Source of the DNA: Prasinococcaceae sp. CCMP 1430
Lineage: Eukaryota > Plantae > Prasinodermophyta
Direction of reading: 5' to 3'
Assembly (NCBI GenBank): GCA_013416795.1
Contig: RQSC01000028.1
Span: 651,138-687,890 of the forward strand
DNA: 36,753 bases
Of this stretch, positions 16,868 through 29,400 are shown piece by piece. Within the stretch, counting starts at the first letter, position 1. Every line of letters starts with the position of its first letter. The translations under genes and the position numbers were made by a program. Under the pieces are notes generated by a model that worked only from the letters and a program-made list of their open reading frames with translations, searched no databases and was not told the DNA's origin.

Positions 16868-17473
16868 ATGGCGTCGCGTCGCGGGAGGCAACGGCACGGT
16901 CGGTGGCGTGCGAGGGGAACAGCGCCTGCGCTCGCGCTTGCGCTCGGGGCTGCACTCGTGCTCACGGCGCGGTGGGCCGCGGCGCCGGCGCGGTGCGCGG
17001 CGGAGCCCGAGGCGCACGCGGCCCTCGCGGCAGAGTTGGCTGCGGAGCGCAGGCATGCAGCGGCCGCGCTCGATGCGATGCGGCCGGGGGGCGGTGGCGG
17101 CGGGCCTGTGACAGCGACCAGGATGCCCGCGAGGCGTGGGGCGGCGCCGCCGCCACCCACGCAATGTGGCGTGTGCCAGGCAGCGCTCGCGTCCGTCCGC
17201 GAGGAGCGCGACGCACTTCGCGCCGCCGCTGCCGCCGCTGAGCGGACAGGTGCAGCCCGCGCCCGGTGCGTTAGAGCAGCGACAGGAGCAGCAGCATGGG
17301 GGCGATGCGGACGGCGGCGGCGCCTCGCACGAACACACACATCGGCCGACGACGACCACCGCCGCTTCGGAGGCGTCGCCAGCGGGGAGCAGCTACATAT
17401 CGCTCATGCAGACCATGCGACAGCACCCATCGAGCTCGGAGTTCGTGTACCTCCGGCGGGTGGGCAGCGGTAA
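16868..17473 (+). CDS. Possible small signal-anchor/coiled-coil ORF, or an upstream exon of the dynein gene
   Basis: GCCATGG start context, a basic N-terminus, a hydrophobic segment PALALALGAALVLTA and a CxxC followed by a helical segment. It overlaps the dynein frame. Confidence 0.3.
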   Translation: MASRRGRQRHGRWRARGTAPALALALGAALVLTARWAAAPARCAAEPEAHAALAAELAAERRHAAAALDAMRPGGGGGGPVTATRMPARRGAAPPPPTQCGVCQAALASVREERDALRAAAAAAERTGAARARCVRAATGAAAWGRCGRRRRLARTHTSADDDHRRFGGVASGEQLHIAHADHATAPIELGVRVPPAGGQR

Positions 17474-20400
17474 CGGCGGTGCCGGGGGCAAATTGCCTGC
17501 GTACAACCCGTACGCGCTCGAGGTTGTGCCCTTTGCGGCGGTGGACGAGTCCGACTTCTGCACGATGAGCGCTCGCGGCGTCACGCACTACCTCGGTGGC
17601 CGGAGCACCGACTTCACGACGCTCGAGCAGTGGGAGCGCGAGTACCAGCTCTTCAACGCCGTCTCCACGCTCGGTGTCTTCCGCAAGTACCGCGCGTGGA
17701 AGAGCTTCAGCGTGTGGCGGCGCGGCGTGCGCCTCAGCAAGATGCGGCGCGCGCAAAAGGCCCTCAAACGCAACCTCTTCCACCTGGATTCGGCGTTCCA
17801 GGCGCCGCTGCAGGAGATTCGCGGGCTGTGCCACGGCATGCAGAGCATTCGCCTGCACAGGCTGCGCGGGGGCGTGCTGTACACGCTGGATAAGTTCGTG
17901 CAGGAGCAGCGCGAGCAGCGCGAGCACGTGAGCGAGCGGCTGGTGGAGTTCTCTCGCGCGTGCTTCGGTCACGCGCGTCAGGCTTGCGCGGATGCGCTGC
18001 AGCGTCAGGAGGACTACCTGAACGACTTTTACAGCAAGGACGACGAGGACAAGCTGGACGCCACGCACCGACGCGCGCCCCGCCAAGTTGGCGACATCAA
18101 CGTGGCTGCCGCGGCCAAGGCGGCGTTCGAGGCGTCCGCCGAAGCCTACGCCTACACCATCGCCGCCGCGCGCCGCTCGGAGCAGCGGCGCTTAATGAAC
18201 TTCATCCGTATGGCGGACTACATGATCTGCAACACGCTCATCGAGATTCTGATTGAGTCCATCTCAGACATCCTCATTGTGATGGCCGATCATGGCGGCG
18301 ACGACGGGAACGCCACGCCACGCACGAAGGTCGTGCGCCAGCAGCTGCGCAGCTCCATCATGCAATCGGAAGGGAGCCCGGAGGGCAACCTCCGCGCGTC
18401 CGTTACGGCGCCCGGCCTCGGTGGGACGTCGGGCGGCGGCGCGGCCACTGCGGGCGACGACGCGAAGGAGGAGCACCCCGCAATCTTTGAGGTCGAGATT
18501 CTCTTCGAGGACCGCGAGCTCGTGTTCCACCCCTCCACGGATGAGTTTCAGTCAAGGGTGGACGAGGTGCTCGGAGGCTTCGTGGACACAATTGGCTCGA
18601 TGGGCCTGCTGGCTGCCAACGAAGAGCTCATCAAGATGGTCGCGCAGGAGGGTGAACAGGGCGACGTGTCGGTCGTCACGGACCTCATCGAGGACGAGAC
18701 GCACCAGAATCTGGCCTTGCGCGTGAAGGAGAGTCTCGCGCTGGCGTTTGACATCGCCGAGGAGTACAAGTCGGTCTTCATTCCCTACCAGACGATGGTG
18801 CTCGAGAATGAGACGCTTGACATCGCGGGCATGAAGGCGGGCTACCAACGAAACGAGGTCACGCAGGACCAGTTCCGCGAGGACGTCGCGCGTTTCTCCG
18901 ACCAGCGTGCGATGATTGAGGCGATCGACACCGACGCGTCGGTGGGCATCATCAAGGTGAGCTCGGCCAAGCTACGCGCCACCTTCCTGCCCAGCCCGAT
19001 CAAGTGCCTCGAGGAGCTGCACGTGATGCTGCCCAGCCTGGCAAGCGAGCTGTACCAAAACTTCATTGCCGTGGTGCACGACGCCACTGCGCGTCTGTCC
19101 AGGCAGCTGTCGTCTGCGGAGGACTTCGTCGACCAATTAGGCTTTCTGACCGAGGTGCAGGAAGGCTGGAAGGACACCGACGACAAGATGCTGGAGATCA
19201 AAAACCTCATCGAGCTGATTCAGGGAGCGTCGATTCCCATCCCCGAGCTCGACCACGCTGCCTACCAGACGCTCACGCCCGACTTCAACACGCTCAAGGG
19301 CGCGATTGACGACGCGGAGGCCGCCAAGGAGGACAACATCGCGCGATTCAGCGGCGACCTCGCGCATGGGGTCGAGCAAGTGAGCCGCGAGGTGTCGGAC
19401 ATCCGCAACCGCGCGCAGCACGAGATGATACTCGACGAGCACGCCGACGTGGGCGAGGTCATCAAGTACACCACCGAGCTCTCGACGTTGGTCAAAGCGC
19501 AGGAGGCTGCCGCGAAGCGCATCGCGGGTTTTGAGAGGCTCTTCAAGGTGCCTGAGTCGCAGTTCGAGGACCTCGTCGAGTGCGCCGAGGAGGTAGAGCT
19601 CAAGCGCTCCCTCTGGGTCGGGCTGCGGGAGTGGAGCGAGGTCACCGAAGGATGGCGAGCACAAAAATTCTTCGAGCTCAACGATTCTGAGCTCGACGAG
19701 AAGGTGCAGCGCTTCACTAAGCTCAGCTTCAAGGTGGAGCGCGGGCTACCCTCGAACCGAGTGGTCCCCAAGCTCAAGGACGCCGTCGAAGACTTCAAGC
19801 ACCTCGTGCCCTGCATCAAATCGTTGCGCAACACCGCGCTCAAGGATCGCCACTGGAAGAAGATCGAGGAGGCGATGGGCACCGCGCTGACGCGCGACGA
19901 AAACTTCACGCTGGGGGTCCTGCTGGACCTCAAGATTATGGAGCACATGGACGCTATCGGCGCCATCTCGACCGAGGCCACGCAGGAACAAGCACTCGAG
20001 GAGCTCATGCTCAAGGTGCAGAGGAAGTGGGCGGACATCGAGTTCGTCGTGAGCCCTTACAAGGACACAAAGGACGTGTACATCCTCGGCAGCCTGGACG
20101 ACATCATGGTGGCACTCGAGGACTCGATGGTGACCATGACAACCATCCTGGCGAGCCGTTTCGTCAGCGGCATCCGCGCCGAGGTCGACAAGCTCAACCG
20201 CCAGCTGCGGCTCTTCTCCGACACGCTCGACGAATGGACGGCCGTGCAGAAGACGTGGATGTACCTCGAGTCTATATTCTCAGCGCCCGACATCCAGCGG
20301 CAGCTGCCCAACGAGTCCAAGGCCTTCTTCTCTGTCGACAAGTCGTACCGCGATATTATGCGCCGAGTGCGCGACCGCCCGAGCGCGCTGCAGGCCGGCA

Positions 20401-23400
20401 CCACGCCGGGCTGGCGCGAGCAGTTTCAGAAGAGCAACGACACCCTTGAGCGCGTGCAGAAGCAGCTCGAGGACTACCTCGAGACCAAGCGCATGGCGTT
20501 CCCGCGCTTCTACTTCCTGTCGAACGACGAGCTGCTCGAGATCCTCGCGCAGACGAAGAACGTGCAGGCCGTGCAGCCGCACATATCGAAATGCTTTGAC
20601 GGAATTGCCAGCCTCGACTTCGGGGACGACCCTAAGTCTATCGATATCTTCGCTATGCGCTCCGCGCAGGGGGAGCGCGTGTCGCTCGGCAAGAACCTCA
20701 AAGCGAGGGGGAACGTCGAGAGCTGGCTCGGGCACGTCGAGGCAGCAATGCAGTCGTCGCTGAAGAAGCTGACCAAGCAGTCGTACCAGGACTACGCCGC
20801 GCAGGAGCGCGCGCACTGGGTGCTCAACCAAGCCGCGCAGATCGTGCTGATGGTGTCGCAGATCTACTGGTGCTGCGAGGTGGAGCAGTGCTTTGGCGAG
20901 AACGCGGCCAAGGCGCTAGCCGCCTTCGCCAAGACGAATGTCGACCGCCTCAACGAGCTCACCGCTCTCGTGCGCGGCCAGCTGTCCAAGCTCGAGCGCA
21001 AGATCATCGTGGCGCTCATCACAATCGACGTGCACGCGCGCGACATCGTGCTGAATCTCGTCAAGGAGAAGGTCGACGCGGCCACTGACTTCAACTGGCA
21101 GATGCAGCTGCGCTACGCGTGGTCTGAGTCCGAGGAGATCTCGCTCGTCCGCCAGGTGAACGCCGAGTTCAACTATGCCTACGAGTACCTCGGCGCGCAG
21201 TCACGCCTCGTGGTCACGCCCATGACGGACCGCTGCTACATGACCCTCACTGGCGCGCTGCACCTGAAGCTCGGCGGCGCGCCCGCAGGGCCAGCGGGCA
21301 CTGGCAAGACTGAGACAACAAAGGACTTAGGCAAGGCGCTCGGCGTGAACTGCGTCGTCTTTAATTGCGGCGACACGCTGGACGTGACTTTCATGGGCAA
21401 GTTCTTCGCCGGGCTGTCCCAGTGCGGCGCGTGGGCATGCTTCGACGAGTTCAACCGCATCGACATCGAGGTCCTGAGTGTTGTGGCGCAGCAGCTGCTC
21501 ACCATTCAGAACGCGCTGCAGGCGGGCGTGTCCAAGTTCATGTTCGAGGGGCGCGAGATTAGGCTCGTCCCCACGTTTGGGGCGTTCATCACAATGTGCG
21601 GAGATGTTTTGCTGCTTGTTTCGCGTTTTGTGCATTGTTGTTGTTGGCGCGCGCGTGTGAGCCGGCGGCCGCCCGCGCGCAAACAGCCCCTGGCGCTCTC
21701 GCCTCGCTCAGTCGTGGCGTGTATCGCCATCAAAATGCAATGCGATGCGCGCGGCGCCGCCGCCCCCCCGCCCTCTCCATCTCCCCCCCCAATCTTGTAC
21801 CAATCTTGTAGGAACCCGGGCTACGCAGGCCGCACAGAGCTGCCAGACAACCTCAAGGCTCTCTTCCGCCCGATGGCGATGATGATCCCCGACTACGCGC
21901 TCGTGGCCGAGGTCATGCTCTTCGCCGAGGGCTTCGAGAGCGCCAAGAAGCTCTCGAGCAAGATGGTGAAACTATACAAGCTGTCATCGGAACAGCTCAG
22001 CCAGCAGGCGCACTACGACTTTGGCATGCGCGCTCTGAAGTCCGTGCTCGTCATGGCCGGCTCGCTGAAGCGAGCGTCGCCCGACCTCAGCGAAGACATC
22101 GTGCTCATCCGTGCCATGCGCGACAGCAACATCCCTAAGTTCCTCAAAGAAGACGCTCTGCTGTTCAACGCCATCGTGGGCGATCTGTTTCCCGGTGTCG
22201 AGGTACCCGCCCAGGACTACGGCAGCCTCGAGGTGGCCATTCGCGATCGCCTGCGCGAGAACGCGTTGCAGGAGCGCGAGCCGCAGATCGCCAAGATCGT
22301 CGAGCTCTTCATGACATTCAACGTGCGCTTCGGCGTGATGGTCGTCGGGCCCACCGGCGGCGGCAAGTCCACGGTGCACCGCATCCTCGCGGAGGCCATG
22401 ACCTCGCTGCGCGAGAAGGGCGACCCCGACGAGCGCTACCAGGTGGTGCACACGTCTCCGCTCAACCCCAAGTGCATCTCGATGGGCGAGCTGTACGGCG
22501 AGTACAATGAGCTGACCGGCGAGTGGTCGGACGGCCTGGCGTCCACCATCATCCGCAACGCGGTCACCAACACGGCGAACGATCGCTTCTGGACGCTCTT
22601 CGACGGGCCTGTCGACGCCATCTGGATCGAGAACATGAACACGGTGCTGGACGACAATTGCACTCTCTGCCTATCGAGCGGCGAGCGCATCAAGCTCAAT
22701 CCGACCACGCAGCGCATGCTCTTCGAGGTGAACGACCTGGCGGTCGCCTCACCTGCGACCGTCTCGCGCTGTGGGATGGTGTACCTGGACGCCGATGATC
22801 TAGGCTGGGAGCCATTCGTGCGCACCTGGGTGGATAGCAAGCTCTGCGGCGGCCTCCTCACGCAGGACACGAAGGACTTCGTGTACAACGAGCTCTTCGT
22901 CAAGTTCCTGACGCCCGCGCTGCGCTTTGTGCGGCGCAACTGCGGCGAGGGCATCCCGTCGGTAGACATCAACCTCGCGGCGAGCTGCACGAGCCTTGTC
23001 ACCGCGCTGGTGAACCGCTCAATCGACACGAAGCGCCCTGAGGAGGAGCTGCACCCGACGCTCGCGGCGATCTTTTCGTACGCGCTCTGCTGGTCGGCTG
23101 GCGGAAACATAGCCGAGTCGGACCGCGAGGCGTTTTCCGACTTCCTGCGCGACCTCATGAGCGACTCGCCTGCGCCCTTCCCGCCCAGCGGCGAGGTGTA
23201 CGACCACGTGGTCGACGTGCGCGTGGACGCATCGGAGGGCGGTCTCATGACGGCGGAGTTCCGGCCCTGGAGCGAGCTGGTGGAGCCGTTCAAGTTCGAC
23301 ATGGACGCGCCGTTCTTTTCAATGCTCGTGCCCACTGTGGACACCACGCGCTTCTCGTACCTGCTGGAAGTGCTCATTGAGGCCGACCGCAGCGTGCTGT

Positions 23401-26400
23401 ACACTGGTGTTACCGGCGTGGGCAAGTCCGTGGTGGCCACCGACGCGCTACGCCGCCTCGAAGAGCCCAAGGGCCTCGTGCCTATCTTCATCAACTTCTC
23501 CGCGCAGACCGCCGCGCTCGACACGCAGCTGCTCATCGAGTCGAAGCTAGAAAAGAAGCGAAAGACCAGGCTCGGCGCGCCCATTGGCAAGAAGATCGTC
23601 ATCCTCGTGGACGACGTCAACATGCCCGCGCGCGAGGTGTGGGGCGCCGCGCCTCCCATCGAGCTGCTCCGCCAGTTCCATGACTACCGCGGCTTCTACG
23701 ACCGCCAGAAGCTCTTCTTCAAGGACATCGAGGACGTTGTGCTCTGCGCCGCGTGCGGCCCGCCGGGCGGCGGCCGCCAGGAGATGACGCCGCGCTTCAC
23801 GCGCCACTTCACGATGCTGGCGCTACCGCAGCCCGACGACGAGAACATGCGCACCATCTTCGGCTCCATCCTTGGCGGCTTCCTCAAGGAAGGCTTCGCC
23901 ACTGACCAGCAGATGATGTGCGCGGGCATCGTGAGTGCCAGCGTGGAGATGTACCGCCGCATCTGCGCGGAGCTACTGCCCACGCCCTCCAAGTCGCACT
24001 ACACCTTCAACCTGCGCGACACGGCCAAGGTGGTGCAAGGCATGCTCATGGTGCGCTCGAACTCGGTGACCACCAAGCAAGCGCTCGCGCGCCTGTGGGT
24101 GCACGAGGCCTCGCGCGTCTTCTCGGACCGCATGACAAACAACGAGGACAAGGAGTACTTCAACGGCATGGTGACGGAGCTCGTCGGCAGGCACCTCGGC
24201 GGCGTCCTCACGCACGACGAGCTCTTCGGCGAGGGCGTGCACAACTTCTTCGGCGACTACATGAAGATGGGTGCAGAGGGCAACGATCGCGTGTACGAGG
24301 AGATCACCGACGTGCAGAAGATGCTCAAGGTGTTCGACGACTACCTCGACGAACACAACCTGTCCTCAAAGAGCCCCATGAACCTCGTCTTCTTCATGGA
24401 CGCGGTGGGCCACATCACGCGCGCCGCCCGCGTGCTGCGCCAGCCGCGCGGCAACGCAATGATGGTGGGCGTCGGCGGCTCGGGCAAGCAGTCACTCACG
24501 CGCTTCGCGTGCTTCATGGCGAACTACGAGTTCTTTCAGATCGAGCTCACGCGTGGTTACGGCACCGGCGAGTTCCGCGAGGACCTCAAGAACCTCTTCA
24601 CCACGGCTGGAATGGAGCGCAAGCAGGTGTGCTTCTGCTTCACCGACACGCAGGTGATCAACGAGGGCTTTCTTGAGGATCTGAACAACCTGCTCAACTC
24701 GGGCGAGGTGCCCGGAATGTACGAGGCCGATGAGAAGGAGCGCATCATCGGTGATATCCGCCCGTACGTCGAAAGCCTCGGCCTGCCGCCCACGCGCGAT
24801 GTGTGCTGGTCGACCTTCGTCAACGGCGTGCGTGACAACCTGCACGTCGTGCTGTGCATGTCGCCCGTCGGCGAGGCCTTCCGCGCGCGCTGCCGCCAGT
24901 TCCCGTCGCTCATCAACTGCTGCACCATCGATTGGTACAGCAGCTGGCCGCGAGAGGCCCTCCTGAGCGTCAGCCGCCGCTTTTTGGAGAAGATGGACCT
25001 TGGCTCGGACGAGGCGCACGAGGCCGTCATCTCGTTCTGCCCGGAGATCCATCTGAGCGTCAAGGAGATGGCCGAGCGCTTCTTTGCCGAGCTTCGCCGC
25101 CGGTATTACACCACGCCCAAGTCGTACCTTGATCTCATCGCGCTGTACACGAAGCTGCTCGGCGAGAAGCGCGCCGAGTTTGAGACGGCGCGAGATCGCC
25201 TGCTCAACGGCCTCAGCAAGCTCTCGGAGACCAACGCCATGGTCGATGGCATGCAGGAGGAGCTCACCAAGCTTCAACCGGTGCTCGAGGAGAAGTCCAA
25301 GGCGACCGCCGAGCTGCTGGTCAACGTGGAGCGCGACCAAGCCGAGGCCGAGAAGGTCAAGGCCGTGGTGGCCGTCGAGGAGAAGCAGGTCAAGGAGCAG
25401 GCCGACGCGACAAAGCTCATCGCCGACGACGCCAAGGCCGATCTCGCCGAGGCGCTCCCCGCGCTCGAGGCCGCCGTCGAATCGCTGAACTCGCTCAACA
25501 AGGCGGACATCACTGAAATGCGCTCCTTTCCCAAGCCGCCGCCGCTCGTGCAGAAGACCATGGAGGCCGTGTGCGTGCTGCTGCAGGAAAAGCCCGACTG
25601 GGACACGGCCAAGCGCGTCATGAACGACACCGGATTCCTCAAGCGTTTGTACGATTTTGACAAAGACAACATGCCCGACAAGGTGCTCAAGCAGCTAAAG
25701 AAGCACGTGGAGAGCGAGGACTTCATGCCCGATATCGTGGCTAGGCAGTCCAACGCTGCCAAATCGCTGTGCATGTGGTGCCGTGCGATGGACGTGTACG
25801 CCCGGGTGGCGGCCGTCGTCGAGCCCAAGCGCAAAGCGCTTGCGGCTGCCGAGGCGGAGCTCGCCGAGGCAAATGCGACCCTCGCAGCCAAGCAGGCGGA
25901 GCTCCAGAGGGTCGTCGACAACGTCGAGAGTCTGCAGAGGCAGCTCAAAGAGGCGCAGGACGAGCAGGCCAGCCTTGCCGAGCAGGCCGACACCACGTCG
26001 AAGCGCCTCGCGCGCGCGGGTAAGCTTACCAGCGGGCTGGCTGACGAGCAGGTCCGCTGGAAGGAGACTGCCGAGAAGATCGCCGAGGACACGCGTCTGC
26101 TTGTCGGCGACGTATTCATCGCGGCGGCGTGCGTGTCCTACTACGGCGCGTTCAGCGGCGCCTACCGCGAGGAGCTCGTGGGTTCCTGGGTGGCGCGCTG
26201 CAAGGATCTGGGCATCCCCGTCTCCGAGGTCAGCAGCCTGCGCAACACACTCGCTAACCCAGTGGAACTGCGCGAGTGGGCCATCTGGGGCCTGCCGAGC
26301 GACGACGTGTCCGTCGACAACGGCATCCTGGTGACGCGCGGCAAGCGCTGGCCGCTCATGATCGACCCACAGGCGCAGGCCAACAAGTGGATCAAGGCCA

Positions 26401-29400
26401 TGGAGGCCAAGAACGGCCTGCGCGTGATCAAGCTGACGGACAGCACCTACCTGCGCACGCTGGAGAACTCTGTGCGCATTGGCTGCCCCGTGCTCATCGA
26501 GGACGTCGGCGAGACGCTGGACCCCGCGCTAGAGCCGATCCTGCAGAAGAACGTGTTCAAGCAGGGCAACCGCTCGCTGATTAGGATCGGCGACAGTGAC
26601 GTGGACTACGACCCTAACTTCAAGCTCTATCTGACCTCGAAGCTGTCCAACCCATCGTACCTCCCGGAAGTCTGCATCAAGATCACGCTGATCAACTTCT
26701 TCGTGACCGAGAGGGGTTTGGAGGATCAGTTACTGGGCGACGTCGTTCGCAAGGAGCGCCCCGACTTGGAGGAGCAGAAGGACCGGCTCGTCGTGTCCAT
26801 CTCGAACGATAAGAAGCAGCTCAAGGAGCTCGAGGACAAGATTCTCAAGCTGCTGAAGGAGTCGGAGGGGAACATTCTCGACGACGAGGTGCTGATCAAC
26901 ACGCTCAACAACTCGAAACTCACCTCAAGTGTAATCAGCAAGCGCGTTGAGGAGGCGGAGGTCACTGAGAAGGCCATCAACGAGGCGCGCGAGGGCTACC
27001 GTGTGGTGGCCAACCGCGGCTCGATCCTGTACTTTGTGGTGGCCAACCTTGGCCTCATTGGCCACATGTACCAGTATTCGCTGAGCTACTTTGTGCGCAT
27101 GTTCAACCACTGCATCGACGCCGCCGAGAAGTCCGAGGAGCTCGAGGAGCGCCTGCGCAACCTGAACGACTACATCACGCTCTTCATGTACCAGAACGTG
27201 TGCCGCGGTCTGTTTGAGGAGCACAAGCTCATGTTCAGCTTCCTGATGTGCACGTCCATCGAGCGCGCGGCGGGCGCGATCGATGTCGCCGAGTGGAACT
27301 TCGTCCTGCGTGGCACGGCCGGCCTGAGCGTAACGCCCTCGCGGGGGGCGCCCGAGGGGTGCGAGGCGTGGCTCGGCGACGACCGCTGGCAGCAGCTGGC
27401 TTTCCTTCAGGACAACGTTCCCAACTTCGACGGGCTGCTCGACGCCGTGGCGACCGACCCCGCGGCCTTCGAGGCGTTCGCGCGCCACGAGACGCCCGAG
27501 TCGGCGCCGCTGCCCGAGCCGCTAGCCGCCTCGGGGCTCAACCGTTTCAGCCAGCTGCTCCTCTGCCGCGTACTGCGCGAGGAGCGCATGATGAGCGGTT
27601 TCTCAGAGTACGTCGGCGAGACGATGGGCGAGGATTTCGTGGCGACCCCGCCGTGGAAGCTGCCCGAGGTGTTCCCGGACACGTCGAACCAGATCCCGGT
27701 GGTATTCGTGCTGTCTACCGGCGCCGACCCGACGGCCATGCTGCAGCGCTTCGCCGCGTCCAAGGGATGGGCTCCCGGTGAGCGCCTGCACATGATCTCG
27801 CTGGGCCAGGGCCAGGGCCCCGTGGCAGAGAGCCTCATCTCGAGCGCGAGCAAGTCCGGCGACTGGGTGGTGCTGCAAAACTGCCACCTCGCCAAGTCGT
27901 GGATGCTCAGCCTGGAGCAGATCGTCGAGGGCCTAGCGACCGGCGCGGGCGAGGTGCACGAGGACTTCCGGCTGTGGCTCACGTCGATGCCCGCGCCGCA
28001 CTTCCCCGTGCCCGTGCTGCAGTCGAGCATCAAGCTCGTGCAGGAGCCGCCGCGCGGCGTCAAGGCCAACCTGCTGCGCTCCTACTCGGACTACACCGAC
28101 GAGCAGGTCGACAGCTGCGCCAAGCCCGACGCGCTGCGCAAGATGCTCGTCTCGCTGAGCTTCTTCCACGCCATCATCCAGGAGAGGAGGAAGTTCGGGC
28201 CGCTCGGATGGAACATCCGATACGAGTTCAACCAGTCCGACATCGAGTGCGCCGGGCAGACGCTGCGCATGTTCCTTGACGAGCAGGAGCAGATCCCCTG
28301 GCCGGCGCTGCTGTACGTCACGGGCGACATCAACTATGGCGGGCGCGTGACGGACGACCTCGACAGGCGCTGCATCCGCTGCATCCTGCGCCAGTATTAT
28401 ACCGAGGCGCTCGTGGAGACCGACACGTACAAGTTCTCCAAATCTGGCGTGTACTACGCACCGGCCTGCTCCGACGTGGGCGGCGTCATGGAGTACGTGC
28501 GCGGGTTGCCTGCTTCGGACGACCCCGAGGTGTTCGGCATGCACGACAACGCCAACGTCACCTTCCAGCTTCAGGAGACGCGCAAGATTATCGACACTGT
28601 GCTGGGCATCCAGCCGCGCATGACCGGCGGCGGCAGCGGCAAGACGCCCGAGGAGACCGTCTCCGAGCTGTGCGCAGAGATGTCGGCGGCCATGCCCAGC
28701 AGGCTCGACCCGGAGCAGTGCGCCGAGGGCATGTTTGCCAGGAACGACGAGGGCCAGATGTCCTCGCTGGCGGTCGTGCTGCTGCAGGAGATGGAACGCT
28801 TCAACAAGCTCCTCGACGCCATCACGGGCTCCCTTTCGGACCTGCAAAAGGCCATCAAGGGCCTCGTCGTCATGTCCGGCGAGCTCGAGGCGATGTTCAC
28901 GGCCATGCTCAACAACCAAGTGCCCGAGCTGTGGGCCAGGGCGAGCTACCCAAGCCTGAAGCCGCTCTCGAGCTACGTGCGGGACTTCCACGAGCGCATG
29001 GCATTCATGCACCTGTGGCTCCACGATGGCATGCCCAAGTGCTACCCGCTGCCGAGCTTCTTCTTCCCCCAGGGCTTCATGACGGGCATGCTGCAGACGC
29101 ACGCGCGCAAGTACGCCATCCCCATCGACACGCTCAACATCGCCTACGAGGTGCTCGGCGCCGAGGGCCCCGAGGAGGTGGAGGAGGGGCCGCAGGACGG
29201 CGTGTACGTGTCGGGGCTCTTCGTGGACAGCGCGCGCTGGGACCGCGTCGAGGGGTGCCTTGCCGAGTCGCTGCCGGCGGTCATGCACGATACGCTGCCC
29301 GTGGTGCACTTCAGGCCCGAGGCCAACTACGAGGTGCCCAGCGAGCTCTACGAGTGCCCGCTGTACAAGACCACAGTGCGCGCGGGCGTGCTCAACACGA

